Shown here: one piece after another, positions 62,084-64,000 of the stretch
Layout of the letters: every line of letters starts with the position of its first letter
Numbering within the stretch: position 1 is the first letter of the stretch
From: Paraspadella gotoi
Taxonomy: Eukaryota > Animalia > Chaetognatha
DNA: 64,000 nt
Assembly (NCBI GenBank): GCA_051294375.1
Contig: CM119269.1
Coordinates: 4,621,098 to 4,685,097 of the forward strand
Direction of reading: 5' to 3'
Program-made: the position numbers and the translations under genes
Notes under the pieces: generated by a model
What the model was told of the DNA's origin: nothing
Seen by the model: only the letters and a program-made list of their open reading frames with translations
Database searches by the model: none

Positions 62084-64000
62084 TCAAGACAACAATTTCA
62101 ACAGCTCCTCCGATTTCTTCTGCAATTCGACGTGCGCGTCCGACTGCAGCGCCACCAAGGGTTGAACGGCCTGCTCGAGAGCCTCCCTCGCCTTGACCAA
62201 TCCGTTGGGCGACTTGAGGATCTTCTCCAAAATCTCTACGGAGACCTTTCGAAGCACCACGTACTTTTTGTTGGTCATGTTCTGCATGGCCGCTTTGATC
62301 ATGGGCTTGACGAGCGCGTTGAGCTCGTCCCTGCGCACACTCTCCGTGGATTCTCTCAAGTGCCAATGCTTCTCCGCCACCATCGCCAATCCTTTCAACG
62401 CCGACAGTCGGACCTTCCACGAGTGCAAGTCGGAGGATCGAAGAGCGAGCGCGTTGATGGCGTCCCGAGCCGCCAGGTTTTCTTCTCTCTGCGGCGGCTT
62501 GTTGACGGGAAAGGCGCGCCCGAGGGATTCCAGCGCCGACTCTTCGAACTCCAGTCGAGAGATTGATCTTTTGTTCCCGTCGTGCTCCATGTCTTCGTCG
62601 CCGTCGCCTTCTCCTCTCTTCTTGAGACGCGTGATGACGACTTCCGCCAAATCGGGAAATTTCTCGTATTCGCCCCAAGTCTCGATGACGCGAGAGGCGC
62701 AATCCACGGCGACCCGTTTGTAGAACAAGTGATCCTTTCTGGCCTCGCGAAGAAGCGTGGAAAGCAAGGAAGAGCGCATGGCTAAAAGCGGATCGTTTTG
62801 ATTATCTCCGTCGATTTCCATGTCGCTCTCCTCGCGAGAGAAAAATCTCTGGACAAAAAAAAAAGAGAGAGAAAGGCATTTTTTTTATCGGAGAAATATT
62901 CAAATCACTCTATAAAAATATAAAAACCTTGTAATGACAACATATATTCTGCGTGGCTTCGAGCAGCGCCTCCTTTCCATCCCAGGTCCTTCCGCTCAGT
63001 CCCACGACGGTCACGGAGTCGAGCAAGCGCTTCAGCATTTTCGGTTCCATCTTCTCGTGAGGCAAACATTGAGCGACCGTCGACGCCGCGCGACCCGCTT
63101 GAGCCCTGATGCTGCACGACTCGATGGAGAGCGTCGAGGATATGATATGGACGATTTCCTAAACAATGGGTTAATAACAATTATTAAATAAAACTTTTAT
63201 TTTATTATTATTTATTTATATTTGTTATTTAACATGGGTTAATAACAATTATTTAATAAGAGGCAAATGATTTTCGCTCCGTCAGTTGAGTATCAATACC
63301 CTGAGATACAAATGTATTCCCATCTCCATCCCGGGCGTCACATCCGTCCAAATCTTCAACCATCCTGCGGCGGCGCCGTCGTCCGTGACATCATCGTCGT
63401 CTCGCTCGTGCATGGCAATGAACGCGAGCGGCATCGCGTGTTTGGCATGCTCCTTCAGCTTCTCCGGCGCGTTCTTCGAGATGGCGCTCATGGCCGATTC
63501 GCAGGCTCGTCGAAGGTCGCGTTCTTCCACCGGCTTCTCGAGGTACCAAGCTTTGAGCTTGTCCAGCGCTTTGTCCACCGTTTTGTCGGGAGAAACTTTC
63601 GCCAAGTATCCGATGGCCTGAGAAAAAGGGGAGAGATGAGATCGAATGTCGACGTATGCTTGCTTACATATTTCAATAGACTAACCGTTGAAAAGGCTCT
63701 TCGGATACCGGACTGCCGGTCGGATAGACCGCCGAGTAGCGGGGACATAAACTTGGGCGAATGAGGTTCCACGACGGTGGGTATTTGAAAGACAAAAGCG
63801 ACGACGAGCTCGGAGGTCGCGACTCTGATCGCTGTTCCGATTCCGTTCTTCAAGATCTCGACCAAAGTCGGTGCCAACGTCGCCATCACCTCGTCATCGA
63901 TGAACTGGATGCAGTACTTGAGCGTCTCCATGATCGGCGAGTTGTTAGACTCGGCAACTCGGCCGTCGATCATTTTCTGTTGAACATCGAGGCGATCTGT
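62084..64000 (-). CDS. ECM29: ECM29 C-terminal exons (63686->64000, 63300-63617, 62928-63158, 62084-62848)
   Basis: SPIMETL, LKAWYLEK, MPLAFIAMH, W.DVTPG...GIHLYL|EI and GRTWDGKEALL are ECM29 HEAT-region motifs; stop at 62084. Confidence 0.92.

Overview
Eukaryotic, intron-rich animal DNA: AT-rich introns, GC-rich exons, abundant (GA)n/(GTC)n microsatellites, N gaps, and stretches that look like raw long-read sequence. The Drosophila-type Schnurri C-terminal finger triplet suggests a non-vertebrate bilaterian. From manual splicing and motif recognition, without database searches, the window holds: schnurri/HIVEP (minus, about 1-35.6 kb); an intronic tRNA-Asn(GTT); two Rv2258c-like SAM methyltransferases; exons for a vWA domain and three F5/8-type-C-like domains; ECM29 in two pieces; one full and one partial sigma-class GST; a 774-aa orphan type II membrane coiled-coil protein; and several TIR/MITE and tandem repeats. 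The main pattern is that four independent minus-strand genes (shn, methyltransferase 2, the F5/8 gene, ECM29) are cut into blocks. Each block reads correctly on the minus strand, but the blocks lie in the reverse of the order the protein needs, and splice phases match across the joins that could be tested. An insertion-rich plus-strand copy of one shn block (7581-8700) makes scaffolding mis-orientation the most likely cause. If long reads support the layout, it would imply scrambled or trans-spliced genes.
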